Counted from the stretch's first letter, positions 1 through 9,343 are shown. The stretch is DNA of 19,224 bases from Promethearchaeota archaeon (GCA_048941015.1 JBHLNZ010000058.1:1-19224); one strand, 5' to 3'. A program made the numbers and translations. The notes: generated from the letters alone by a model not told the origin.

Positions 1-1317
1 CTCTCCAGCCTCAACCATTTTTCTTTTTAAGATATTAGATAATTCAGCTCTAATTTTAGAATAATTTGGATCTTTTACTAAATTGTTTTTTTCATAAGGA
101 TCATTCTCTAAATCATAAAGATATTCTTCTTCGTAGGTATCAGCTTGGGAATATAAAATGCCATCTTTATTCAGTACCTTTACTGAGTATTTCCACTCTT
201 TTGTTCTGATTGCTCTTCCAACTTGGGTTTCACTAATCTGAATAAAAATCTCTTCTGGCCAGTTTTTAACAGGATCACCAACTAAATCTTGTAAAGGTCG
301 CCCTTTCATATAATTAGGAACCTTAATTCCTGCACATTTTACCAATGTTGGTGGAATATCAATTAAACTAACAAGCTCAGTTATTTTTTTTCCACCCTCG
401 AATCCTGGTCCTTTAATGATTAATGGAATTCTTACTGACGATTCATGACAATCTCGTTTATATTCCCAAGTTCTCGTTCTAAAATGGCACCCATGATCAC
501 TACAATAGAAAATGATGGTATTTTCTTCTAGATCCAACTCTCTTAATTTTTCTAAGATTCTTATAACATTCTTATCTATACTATTACAACAACCAAGATA
601 ATCAGGGAAATTTTCACGCCAATCTCCTTCTGTATTCTCAAGATCTCCTGGAACTTTATAATTTTTAAAATATTCTTTACTTCCATCTGGTCCTTGAAAA
701 ATATTTAAATCATTCTGTTGATGAGGTTCAAGAAAAGACAGAAATAAAAAGAAAGGTTTAACCCTGTTTCGTAAAGTCAAATATTTGAGTGCAAAATCAG
801 TTAAACAATCAACTCTGTAGCCTTGAAATTCAACTTTATTCATATTACCATCAAAGAGATGCCCTTCATAAGCATGAGAAGTGAATTCAAGAAGATCGGA
901 AGCAAGCCAATAATCTTTATACCCTCCCCTAAGTTCAAATGGAATAGGTTTCGTCATATAATTCATTTTTTTTAATTTTAAATCTTTTGATCTACCGATA
1001 TTACTAGCAAGATGCCATTTTCCAATGTAAGCAACATCATAGCCATTTTTTGAGAAATAATTAGCGATGTTTTTATCACTTATAGGAAGAGAGATACCAT
1101 TTCGATAACAAGATGTCTCCGTTGAATAGAGTCCCGTTTGTAGTATTGCTCGTGCAGGGCCACATAAAGGTTGATTTGTAAATGCATATTCAAAAAGTAC
1201 TCCTTCTTTAGCTAATTTATCCAAATTTGGCGTAATATTTAATTCCTGGCCATAACATCCTAAAGTATCAAATCTTTGTTGGTCAGAGAAGATAAATATA
1301 ATATTGGGCTGTTCCAC
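1..1317 (-). CDS. Sulfatase (Cys-type formylglycine-dependent, arylsulfatase/choline-sulfatase-like); 3' end runs off the window
   Basis: Not in the ORF track. Manual translation from GTG at 1317: MEQPNIIFIFSDQQRFDTLGCYG...TPNLDKLAKEG...NQPLCGPARAILQTG, containing the sulfatase CxPxR motif (Cys52). Also has YIGKWHL and SDHG motifs. The same frame reads ...LKRKMVEAGE at base 1. Confidence 0.93.
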   Translation of the reverse strand, partial: MEQPNIIFIFSDQQRFDTLGCYGQELNITPNLDKLAKEGVLFEYAFTNQPLCGPARAILQTGLYSTETSCYRNGISLPISDKNIANYFSKNGYDVAYIGKWHLASNIGRSKDLKLKKMNYMTKPIPFELRGGYKDYWLASDLLEFTSHAYEGHLFDGNMNKVEFQGYRVDCLTDFALKYLTLRNRVKPFFLFLSFLEPHQQNDLNIFQGPDGSKEYFKNYKVPGDLENTEGDWRENFPDYLGCCNSIDKNVIRILEKLRELDLEENTIIFYCSDHGCHFRTRTWEYKRDCHESSVRIPLIIKGPGFEGGKKITELVSLIDIPPTLVKCAGIKVPNYMKGRPLQDLVGDPVKNWPEEIFIQISETQVGRAIRTKEWKYSVKVLNKDGILYSQADTYEEEYLYDLENDPYEKNNLVKDPNYSKIRAELSNILKRKMVEAGE

Positions 1318-1383
1318 GCTGCAAATTAATATTTTAAATATAATAAGGTTTTATATATTTAATATTAGAAAAGATGATTTATT
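1318..1383. promoter_or_regulatory. Compact divergent promoter shared by sulfatase and MFS genes
   Basis: 66-bp AT-rich spacer with back-to-back TATA-like boxes forming the inverted repeat TTAAATATA(1334-1342)/TATATTTAA(1354-1362). Confidence 0.5.
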
Positions 1384-2652
1384 ATGTCAGGAAAAACTCA
1401 AATTGCGCGACCAATCATCTTAAGTATAGCATTGTTTTCGCTTGCCGGTCAGATAGCATGGGCTGTTGAGAACCAATATTATAACATTTTTATGTATAAT
1501 GTAATTACGCCAATACCTATTTATGTTTCGATTATGGTGGCACTCTCTACGACCGTGGGAACAATTGCGACTATAATAATGGGAGCATTTAGCGATGTTA
1601 AAGGGAAGCGAAAACCGTTATTATTATATGGTTTTATTTTCTGGTCTATTACCACAGCTATGTTTCCGCTAAGCGCTGGATTTATACCAATTAGTACAGA
1701 ATTTGCAATCTTCATAGCAATATTATTTGATGCAATTATGACTTTTTTCGGGGCTATGGCTCTCAATGCAGGATTAAACGCTTATATTACCGACGTTACT
1801 AATTTAAATAACCGTGGAAAAGTAACGAGTATCGCACAAATGATGGTTATGGTTGCATTATTGATAGTAAATGGTGTTGGAGGCTTATTGATAACTCTAA
1901 TAGGATATTATTGTTTCTTTTTCATTGTAGGAGGACTTGTTTTTGTATTAGGATTAATAGGAAATTTTTTAATACAAGAATCACCAGATTTGAATGCGTT
2001 AGAGATTGGAACTTTTTCACAAATACGAAAAACATTCCGAAAAGAAAATTTGAGAGGATATAAGGATTTTTTTATCGTCCTACTAGTAATCACAACTTGG
2101 CAAATAGGTTTGAATATTTTTTACCCTTTTCTTATGATATATCTACAACATAATATTGGGATGTCTATTTTTACTGCATCGATCCTAATTTTTATTGCTC
2201 TATTAAGTTCCATTATTTTAGCTTATCCTTTAGGAATCCTTACAGATAAAGTAGGAAGGAAACGAATGACCCTTATTTCAGCTATTTTTTTCGGCTTATC
2301 ATTATTCACTTTTGGATTTTTTACTGATATCGTCATGCTTTTAATTCTTGGAAGTATTTGGGCTACTTTTTATCTAGGAATAACCATTTCAACATTTTCA
2401 TGGGCAAAAGATTTATATCCTGAAGAAAATAGGGGAGAATTTAGCGGTTATTGGAATCTATTCTCAGGCACCATTCCAATGGTTATCGGTCCTTTGATTG
2501 GTGGATGGTTGGCTACAGCATTCGGGATTTATAAGCTAATAGATGCTAATTGGGGGTATGTACCTACATCTATTATCTTTTTCGTTAGTGGAATCGTCGT
2601 TTTATTAACGATCATTCCCTTATATTTTGCGAAAGAAGCTAGAACCAATTAA
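1384..2652 (+). CDS. MFS transporter (about 12 TM; sugar/glycoside-type)
   Basis: MFS motif A in both halves (GAFSDVKGKRK; GILTDKVGRKR), NLNNRGK/EENRGE loop motifs and about 12 hydrophobic segments. Confidence 0.92.
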   Translation: MSGKTQIARPIILSIALFSLAGQIAWAVENQYYNIFMYNVITPIPIYVSIMVALSTTVGTIATIIMGAFSDVKGKRKPLLLYGFIFWSITTAMFPLSAGFIPISTEFAIFIAILFDAIMTFFGAMALNAGLNAYITDVTNLNNRGKVTSIAQMMVMVALLIVNGVGGLLITLIGYYCFFFIVGGLVFVLGLIGNFLIQESPDLNALEIGTFSQIRKTFRKENLRGYKDFFIVLLVITTWQIGLNIFYPFLMIYLQHNIGMSIFTASILIFIALLSSIILAYPLGILTDKVGRKRMTLISAIFFGLSLFTFGFFTDIVMLLILGSIWATFYLGITISTFSWAKDLYPEENRGEFSGYWNLFSGTIPMVIGPLIGGWLATAFGIYKLIDANWGYVPTSIIFFVSGIVVLLTIIPLYFAKEARTN

Positions 2653-2794
2653 TACCTATAAAAATTTTATTTTTTTATTAGTTAGATATTAAGAAATTAA
2701 TTATTTTGGCAAAATCAAAATAGATTTATTATTATTTGAAAACACCTAGAAAAAGTTGTTTATAAGGCTTCTAGAATATGATATCGTGGTAATA

Positions 2795-2811
2795 TACTTA
2801 TTTTATAAGTA
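2795..2811 (+). promoter_or_regulatory. Palindrome overlapping a TATA-like box upstream of the RHH gene; candidate operator
   Basis: TACTTAT-TTT-ATAAGTA is a perfect 7-bp inverted repeat containing TTTTATAA. Confidence 0.4.
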
Positions 2812-2857
2812 GACTTGGCTCCTAAATATTAAAAAAAACGATTTAATCTCTCCCAAG

Positions 2858-3025
2858 GTGGTTTTAATAAAGCTCATAACATGTCATATTCCTGAAATGT
2901 ATCTCCAGGGGATCGAAGAACTCGTAAATATGAACTTATACCCTAATCGCTCTGAAGTAATAAGAGTTGCAATACGCGACTTGCTTAAGAGTGAATTAAG
3001 TTCAATAATTAGAAAAAAGGAATAA
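2858..3025 (+). CDS. Small ribbon-helix-helix (CopG/Arc/MetJ family) regulator, CdrS-like
   Basis: Missed by the ORF track. (M)VLIKLITCHIPEMYLQGIEELVNMNLYPNRSEVIRVAIRDLLKSELSSIIRKKE*: beta-strand LITCHIP plus the YPNRSEVIRVAIRDLL signature. Start is GTG 2858 or ATA 2867. Confidence 0.88.
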   Translation: MVLIKLITCHIPEMYLQGIEELVNMNLYPNRSEVIRVAIRDLLKSELSSIIRKKE

Positions 3026-3072
3026 TTTCATTTCCTTTTTATTCTTTTGTCTAGTAGTTCTTTAATTTTTTT
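3014..3072 (+). terminator. Putative terminator after the RHH gene
   Basis: AAAAAGGAA(3014-3022)/TTCCTTTTT(3032-3040) hairpin followed by several oligo-T tracts. Confidence 0.45.
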
Positions 3073-3189
3073 TGTGCAGGATCTTAGACTTTTTTCCTTT
3101 ATGCTTAAATAACAAAACTAATGAGTCTATTTAGTATAAATCATATTCACTAACATTGTTTATATAAATAAAAAAATAATACTCATTAT

Positions 3190-4164
3190 ATGCTCGAGAT
3201 ATTAATTTGGATATCTTTATTTTTAGGAGGATATCTTGTTATATATTTTGCTGCAGATATTTTTTTAGATAATTTAAAGAGTTTATGCTTAATTTACAAA
3301 TTATCTCCATTTATAATAGGCCTTCTAGTTCTTGGAATTGATCCAGAAGAATCCATAGCTTCGATTATCGCAGCTACAAATCAGCTTCCTTATATATCAA
3401 TCGGAAATGTAATAGGGAATTCAATTTTATCTTTATCTTTATGTTTTGCACTTCCAACTTTTTTTTATAAAATAAATTTGAAATCAATTTCTCATTTCTA
3501 CTTCATTATATTATACTCTTGTGCTATAATGATTTTATGTAGTTTCTTATTTAAATTAGGATTATTAATACTTGGTTCTGGAGCATTATTATTATACTTT
3601 ATTTACATTTTTAAGTCTTTAAAAGATATTTCTAAAAAAGGGAAATTAGAAACGATTAAAATGGAGGAAATAAGTGAACTAAATAAAGACGAGACAATCA
3701 TTGAGAGTTCAAAATACAAAAAAATCATTTTAATTATTTTTAGTTTCTCTTTTATAGTTATCGGAGGTGAATTATTGATTCTTTCAGCTGAAAATTTAAT
3801 TATTTTAACTGGTCTAAGCGAAGAATTTTTTGGATTCATAATAATTGCCTTTGTAACTAACGTTGAAGAATTAACTTTAGTTTTTAAATCAATAAAAAAA
3901 AGAAGTACAGAAATTGGTATAGGGGGAATGATTGGTAAGGTGATCTGGAACTTATCATTTACCTTTGGAGTTAGTGGAATGATTGCCTTAAATATAGAAT
4001 TTAATTATTTACTCTTTTTTAATTGGCTTATTTTAGTAATTATTATTGCTTTTTACCATTTTAGAGCAGGATATGAATCAACAACGATGATAGATCCTAT
4101 TATATTAAGCAGTTTTCTTATTATCTTCATTGTATTTAACTTAATGACCATTGTTCTGATTTGA
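3190..4164 (+). CDS. Ca2+/cation antiporter (CaCA, YrbG-like) with divergent alpha-repeats
   Basis: Two 5-TM repeats with a central hydrophilic loop; alpha-1 region GIDPEE...SIGNVIGNSI and alpha-2 region VTNVEE...GIGGMIGKVIWN. Confidence 0.82.
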   Translation: MLEILIWISLFLGGYLVIYFAADIFLDNLKSLCLIYKLSPFIIGLLVLGIDPEESIASIIAATNQLPYISIGNVIGNSILSLSLCFALPTFFYKINLKSISHFYFIILYSCAIMILCSFLFKLGLLILGSGALLLYFIYIFKSLKDISKKGKLETIKMEEISELNKDETIIESSKYKKIILIIFSFSFIVIGGELLILSAENLIILTGLSEEFFGFIIIAFVTNVEELTLVFKSIKKRSTEIGIGGMIGKVIWNLSFTFGVSGMIALNIEFNYLLFFNWLILVIIIAFYHFRAGYESTTMIDPIILSSFLIIFIVFNLMTIVLI

Positions 4165-4215
4165 ACTTCGCTGACTGAATTATTCAATTTTTTATTATTT
4201 GTATAATTATTTTAA

Positions 4216-5079
4216 ATGATGACTTTTACTCACTACGATTTTGAGTACTTTGATGTCCATACTCATTTTTTCCCCCCTCAAATATTTGAAGCAATTTGGG
4301 CTTTTTTTGAACAAAGAGACGAAAATGATCATGTTACAGGATGGCCTGTTAATTATAAGCTGACAACTAATGATTTAGTAAAAGTTTTAAAAAGAAACAA
4401 TGTAAAATATTTTGCAACTCATAATTATGCTCATAAAGTTGGTGTGGCTGAATATATAAACAATTGGACCAAAGAATTTGCATTATCGAATAAAAATATC
4501 ATTCCTTTTGGATGTGTGTGGCCAGAAGACAATAATAGATTAGAGTATACAAAAAAAATCTTTGATGAGTTTAATTTTTATGGTATAAAGATTCAACCGT
4601 TAGTACAAAAATTCTTTCTTGATGATGCTAGGATGTATGAAATCTACGATTTAATTTTTGATAAAGGAAAGTGGTTAATGGTTCATATAGGTACAGCACC
4701 ATATCGAAATCAATATGTTGGATACAAAAATTTCATAAATTTTCTAGAAAAATATCCGGATATGAATATTATTGTTGCGCATATGGGAGCCTTTGAATAT
4801 ACCAGATTTTTAAAGCTACTGGATAAGCATCCGAATCTTTATTTAGATACAGCAATGATTTATATCCCAAATAATATTTTTCCCGAAAGAGGCCCAAAAC
4901 GACCTAAACCTAAAGAGTTAATATCTTACCAAGATCGGATCCTTTTCGGTTCTGATTTTCCAAACATACCTTATGATTATGAAAATTCTACCAGGGGTTT
5001 GTTAGAATTTAATCTTCATAGAAGCTTTTATGAAAATATCTTTTTAAATAATGCTAAGCGAATTTTTAATGTGAAGTGA
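4216..5079 (+). CDS. Amidohydrolase_2 family metal-dependent TIM-barrel hydrolase
   Basis: DVHTH (HxH), GIKIQP, VHIG, AHMG, LYLDTA and ILFGSDFP motifs; C-terminal NAKRIF. Confidence 0.9.
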   Translation: MMTFTHYDFEYFDVHTHFFPPQIFEAIWAFFEQRDENDHVTGWPVNYKLTTNDLVKVLKRNNVKYFATHNYAHKVGVAEYINNWTKEFALSNKNIIPFGCVWPEDNNRLEYTKKIFDEFNFYGIKIQPLVQKFFLDDARMYEIYDLIFDKGKWLMVHIGTAPYRNQYVGYKNFINFLEKYPDMNIIVAHMGAFEYTRFLKLLDKHPNLYLDTAMIYIPNNIFPERGPKRPKPKELISYQDRILFGSDFPNIPYDYENSTRGLLEFNLHRSFYENIFLNNAKRIFNVK

Positions 5080-5105
5080 TATTTTCTAATTAAAGAGAAG
5101 TTTAA

Positions 5106-5939
5106 TTATATGATAACTAGACTCATTGACATAATAAACATCCCGGTCATAATCCCTAATATAGAATAATGCTCTTTAGCCAATGAACGAGCAACTGGTA
5201 ATAACTCATCTAATGAAATATATACCATTATACCCCCTACGACTCCTAACATGGCCCCCAACACAAAATCGTTGATGAATGGGAAAAGAATTAACCAAGT
5301 AATAATTGCCCCTAAAGGTTCGCTCATACCAGATATAAAAGACCATTTAAAAGCCTTTTTCTTGTTTCCAGTACAAGCATAAATTGGAACGGCTACAGCA
5401 ATTCCTTCAGGGATATTATGTAATGCAATAGCAACAGCCAGCAGAACCCCTAATTGAATTTCAGTAATCGCCCCAATAAAGGTTGCCATACCCTCAGGAA
5501 AGTTATGGATAAAAACACCAAAAAAGATGAAAATTGAGGTTTTCACTAAATTTACTTTCGGTTTTTCTCCTTCTTGTTTATATCTACGTCGATGACGATG
5601 TCCATAATGTAGATGTGGTTTGCATTCACCATTATTATTAGTAAGCATTTCTATAGAATCTTCAAATTCATATTCATGAGAGACTAAAACATCAATGCAA
5701 AACATAATCATCATTCCTAAAAAGAAAAAGATTAGACCCATAAATAACCCGTTTGTTACAATGCTCTCTTGTAATAATTCTACAAATGATATTAGTACCA
5801 TAACTCCCGCTGAAAATCCCATAATGAATGAAATGAATTTAGGACTCGGTTTGTGCATAAAGACTGCTATAAGACTCCCAATTGAGGTTGAAAGACCAGC
5901 GATTAAACTTAATAAAATTCCAAGTAAAAATGTCTCCAT
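5106..5939 (-). CDS. zupT: ZIP-family zinc/divalent metal transporter ZupT
   Basis: FSAGVM, HNFPEG and ALHNIPEG metal-site motifs, SGMSEPLG, SLDELLP, and a His-rich TM3-TM4 loop. Confidence 0.92.
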   Translation of the reverse strand: METFLLGILLSLIAGLSTSIGSLIAVFMHKPSPKFISFIMGFSAGVMVLISFVELLQESIVTNGLFMGLIFFFLGMMIMFCIDVLVSHEYEFEDSIEMLTNNNGECKPHLHYGHRHRRRYKQEGEKPKVNLVKTSIFIFFGVFIHNFPEGMATFIGAITEIQLGVLLAVAIALHNIPEGIAVAVPIYACTGNKKKAFKWSFISGMSEPLGAIITWLILFPFINDFVLGAMLGVVGGIMVYISLDELLPVARSLAKEHYSILGIMTGMFIMSMSLVII

Positions 5940-6073
5940 TTTTATTATCCGTCTTTTAAATTGTTTATTAGTATAATTTTATTATTATTATTGAATATTT
6001 ATAATAGAGGTTACAATATTAATTTAAACCTAATGAATAGCTATTTAATTTTTTTTAGTTAAAAATTTAAATA

Positions 6074-6091
6074 ATTTAGTTGTCCCTAAAT
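6074..6091. promoter_or_regulatory. Candidate DtxR/MntR-family metal-regulator box upstream of zupT
   Basis: ATTTAG-TTGTCC-CTAAAT inverted repeat. The minus strand reads TTAGG-GACA-ACTAA, close to TTAGG-N4-CCTAA-type boxes. Confidence 0.4.
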
Positions 6092-6323
6092 AGTTATATA
6101 GTAACTTCCTATTTAAACATTATCAAATTGAGAAAGCTTATAAAATAAACTAGATCATTTAAATTAAATAGGAGATAAAACTTATATATAATTAATTTTA
6201 ATTTAAAAAAAAAAAATCCAATTTACGTTTGAATAATCAACTTTTAATTTTTTTGTTGATACTATAAATAAGATAGATACTTTTCTTTATTAAAATTTTT
6301 TAACTGATAATATGTAATTACTA

Positions 6324-7349
6324 ATGAAACAAATAACATCCGCTGATAAACTTTTTTTTTTTGAAAGAAATTTCTTCACATTAGACGGCTTGTGGATGAT
6401 TGAGGCTGAGAAAGAATTAAATTGGCAAACAGCATTAAAAATCGATCTTGAGGTATGGAAAAACCTACTAAAAATTATAATACGAAGAATAAAAGGATAT
6501 TTACATTTAAAGGAAAACAGTTTAGCAAATTTAGTAAATATTCTTACTTTCCGGTGGTCGGTAGAAGGATGGAAATATAATGTTATAAATCTTAAGAGTA
6601 ATAAGGCAGAAATAAGAGTGAGTGCATGTCCTTATAAATTGGCTATGGATAGAAATCCTGAGCGGCATGATAAGATTGATTTAATTTGTAAAGATATGTG
6701 CATTCCATTTTATGATGCAATTGTGAAAGAATTTAATCAAGAGATTACGTTAAATAGAACCTGTTATATGGGTTTAGGAGATTCTTTCTGTGACTTTAAA
6801 TTTATGTCAAAGGAGTCAATATCAGAAGAGAATAATTTTAATTGGATTGAAGAAAGTCACAGAAAACTGACTATAGAGGATAAGTTATTTTATTTTGAAA
6901 AAAACTTTCGTACCCTTGATGGGTTATGGGTTATAGAGACTGAAAGTGAATTTAATTGGCAAACTGCTTTAAAGTTAGATATAATTGTTTGGCAGGAACT
7001 CTATAAAATAATTTTTCGAAGGGTTAAGAAGTATTTAAATTTAGAAGATAATTCGCTTTTAGATTTAGTTAAAATAATCTCATTTGTATGGAATTGTGAA
7101 GGGAATTTTCATGAAATTGTTAAAGTAAATGATAATGAGATAATTATAAATATTAATACTTGTCCATATATAGAAGCTATGCAACGTAATCCAAAAAGAC
7201 ATAATCGTATTGCTTCTATTTGTAAAGAAATGTGCATTCCTTATTTTGAACCAGTCGTAAAAGAATTTAATCCTAAAATTAAGATAGTTAGAAATAAATT
7301 TATTGGATTAGGGGATAATGTTTGTAATTTTCATTTTAAAATAGAATAA
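6324..7349 (+). CDS. Tandem-duplicated DUF6125-like (V4R/ATC-hydrolase-like) Cys-rich protein
   Basis: Two ~155-aa repeats, each DKLFxFExNFxTLDGLW...CPY...C-x3-C...GLGD-x2-C-x-F. The family name is from motif recall. Confidence 0.7.
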   Translation: MKQITSADKLFFFERNFFTLDGLWMIEAEKELNWQTALKIDLEVWKNLLKIIIRRIKGYLHLKENSLANLVNILTFRWSVEGWKYNVINLKSNKAEIRVSACPYKLAMDRNPERHDKIDLICKDMCIPFYDAIVKEFNQEITLNRTCYMGLGDSFCDFKFMSKESISEENNFNWIEESHRKLTIEDKLFYFEKNFRTLDGLWVIETESEFNWQTALKLDIIVWQELYKIIFRRVKKYLNLEDNSLLDLVKIISFVWNCEGNFHEIVKVNDNEIIININTCPYIEAMQRNPKRHNRIASICKEMCIPYFEPVVKEFNPKIKIVRNKFIGLGDNVCNFHFKIE

Positions 7350-9214
7350 ATTAGCTTAAAAAATGTGATATTTTTTTTAACTTCAGATATGATAATTTTT
7401 TGTTCTCCTTCTGAAATTTCATAAGCTTCAAAAATCCATTTATCTAATTCTCTTAAATTATGTAGATTTTGCTGGTTAATAATTCCTTCAGCTTGGAGAA
7501 GATTTTCAATAATATCATCCACTTTTTGGCTAATCTTAATCTTTAGTTCTTCATTTTCATTAATAATAGGGAGATGTCTGATCATATATTGATTTAAATT
7601 TATGGTTGTGTTATTCTGGTTATTTATTCCAAAAAGGCAATAAAATTGCATTAATGCAGAATTTAAAATGGCACATATATATTTCAATTCTAAATTATTA
7701 TCACAAGAAAGCGAATATACCGATGATGTAAAACATACATTATCTTCTGTAAAAGTAGCTTGAGGAACTATACTATTATGTTTAATCAGTAACTTTGGAC
7801 CAATGTAGTATTCATAATTTTCCCCCTTTAATACTTTTGGATCAATAAGTTCAATATTAAATGATTTATTTTTTTTAAAATAATAATAGTTAAAATCATC
7901 TTTAGCATACAAGAATAAACATGAGCCCAGTATATTATGTTTAATATGTTGCTTTATTTGCCTTAATCCTTTGCTTTCTTCGCCTCTAATCATTCTGGGA
8001 AAGCATTTTATATTTAAATAATTCAAATCTCCAATAAGTTCGATTTTATTTATGATATCATTTATTTCCAAGCTACTTTTAATTCTAATTCTATTTAGTG
8101 GAATTGTATTAGAATTACAATAAGGACATTCATTTTTAAATGTATAAGCAAAAACCTTTTTAGTTTTATCACAAAAAGGACAAGAAGAATTAATACAAAC
8201 TTTTAACTTGTCAAAATTTTGATTTTTAAATACAATAATTTCTTTATCAGGGTATTCATAGATTTTTAATTTATCTTCTTCTTTTATTCTTTTTTGATAA
8301 AAAATTATTTGAACTTCGTTTGTTGCCCTTTTAAATAAATTTGGGCCAACATCAATTATTTTTAAAAGATTAGCATTTGATAAAAAATTATTTCTAAAAT
8401 TTATATAACTTTGCCTTAAGAGAAAGCTTTTTGGTACTAAAAAACCAACAATTCCATTACACCAATTGATTGCTTTTAAGATATATGCGCAATAAATATC
8501 CTTATAAAAAATATTTTCGTTCTTTAAGAAAAATTTTTGATTTTTTGTTAAAATGTTTCCGTATGGAGGGTTTCCAACAACAATTTCAAACTTTTTTTTA
8601 ATTTTGGAAGTAAGACTATCTTCTTTTTTAATATTTGAACATAATATAGTAAAAATTTGATTTATATCGGATTTAGAGTTTAAATAATACCATCGACATA
8701 ATTTTAAAATTGTTAATTTAACTGCGGCATCATTAATATCGTATCCAAAAATATTTTCTATGAGTTTATGTCCTATTGTTGATAATTGACTTTTAAAATC
8801 TATTTTCTTAATTATATGATATAAAAGGTCAATTGCACTGACTAAAAAGACTCCTGAACCACAAGCAGGGTCGCAAATCTTAATTTTTAATAAAAGAGTA
8901 GCAATTCTATTTTGTAAATCTTCACTTAATTTAAAAAGATCTTTCACCTTATGGACAGTATTTAACTTAAAACGTTCCTTTAAATATAAAATAAATGTTT
9001 CAGAGCAAATAAAATTGGAAATAACACTTTTAGTAAAATATACTCCTTCTTTTTTTTTATTAGTATAATCTTCTAAGAATTCATTTTCAAGACTCTGAAT
9101 TGATTCTAATATCTTATGTAAAGTTTCTCTCTTATTTGATTTAAGAGCTTTCTGAAATTTTTCAAATAAATGATTTATTTTTGGAATATAATTTAGATTT
9201 TTCATACAATTCAT
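7331..9214 (-). CDS. Amino (N6-adenine) DNA methyltransferase, gamma class (TaqI/Eco57I-like), with C-terminal target recognition domain
   Basis: GVYFT (motif X), ICDPACGSGVFL (motif I), GYDIN, VVGNPPY (motif IV), and C-terminal LKYICAILNS...LPI typical of TaqI_C-like TRDs. Overlaps the convergent ORF by 19 bp. Confidence 0.9.
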   Translation of the reverse strand: MNCMKNLNYIPKINHLFEKFQKALKSNKRETLHKILESIQSLENEFLEDYTNKKKEGVYFTKSVISNFICSETFILYLKERFKLNTVHKVKDLFKLSEDLQNRIATLLLKIKICDPACGSGVFLVSAIDLLYHIIKKIDFKSQLSTIGHKLIENIFGYDINDAAVKLTILKLCRWYYLNSKSDINQIFTILCSNIKKEDSLTSKIKKKFEIVVGNPPYGNILTKNQKFFLKNENIFYKDIYCAYILKAINWCNGIVGFLVPKSFLLRQSYINFRNNFLSNANLLKIIDVGPNLFKRATNEVQIIFYQKRIKEEDKLKIYEYPDKEIIVFKNQNFDKLKVCINSSCPFCDKTKKVFAYTFKNECPYCNSNTIPLNRIRIKSSLEINDIINKIELIGDLNYLNIKCFPRMIRGEESKGLRQIKQHIKHNILGSCLFLYAKDDFNYYYFKKNKSFNIELIDPKVLKGENYEYYIGPKLLIKHNSIVPQATFTEDNVCFTSSVYSLSCDNNLELKYICAILNSALMQFYCLFGINNQNNTTINLNQYMIRHLPIINENEELKIKISQKVDDIIENLLQAEGIINQQNLHNLRELDKWIFEAYEISEGEQKIIISEVKKNITFFKLIYSILK

Positions 9215-9343
9215 TAACTTAGAACTTCTATTTCCAACGATCTTTAATAAATTTATTGAAATTTTTATATATATGAATCTTTCTTCTTATATAGTATATT
9301 CTTTATCTTTTTATAGTTAAAATTACTTTATATAATAGGGAAT

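Noticed and set aside
6205-6216. Poly-A run in an intergenic region
   Set aside because: Expected in very AT-rich spacers; it affects no reading frame.
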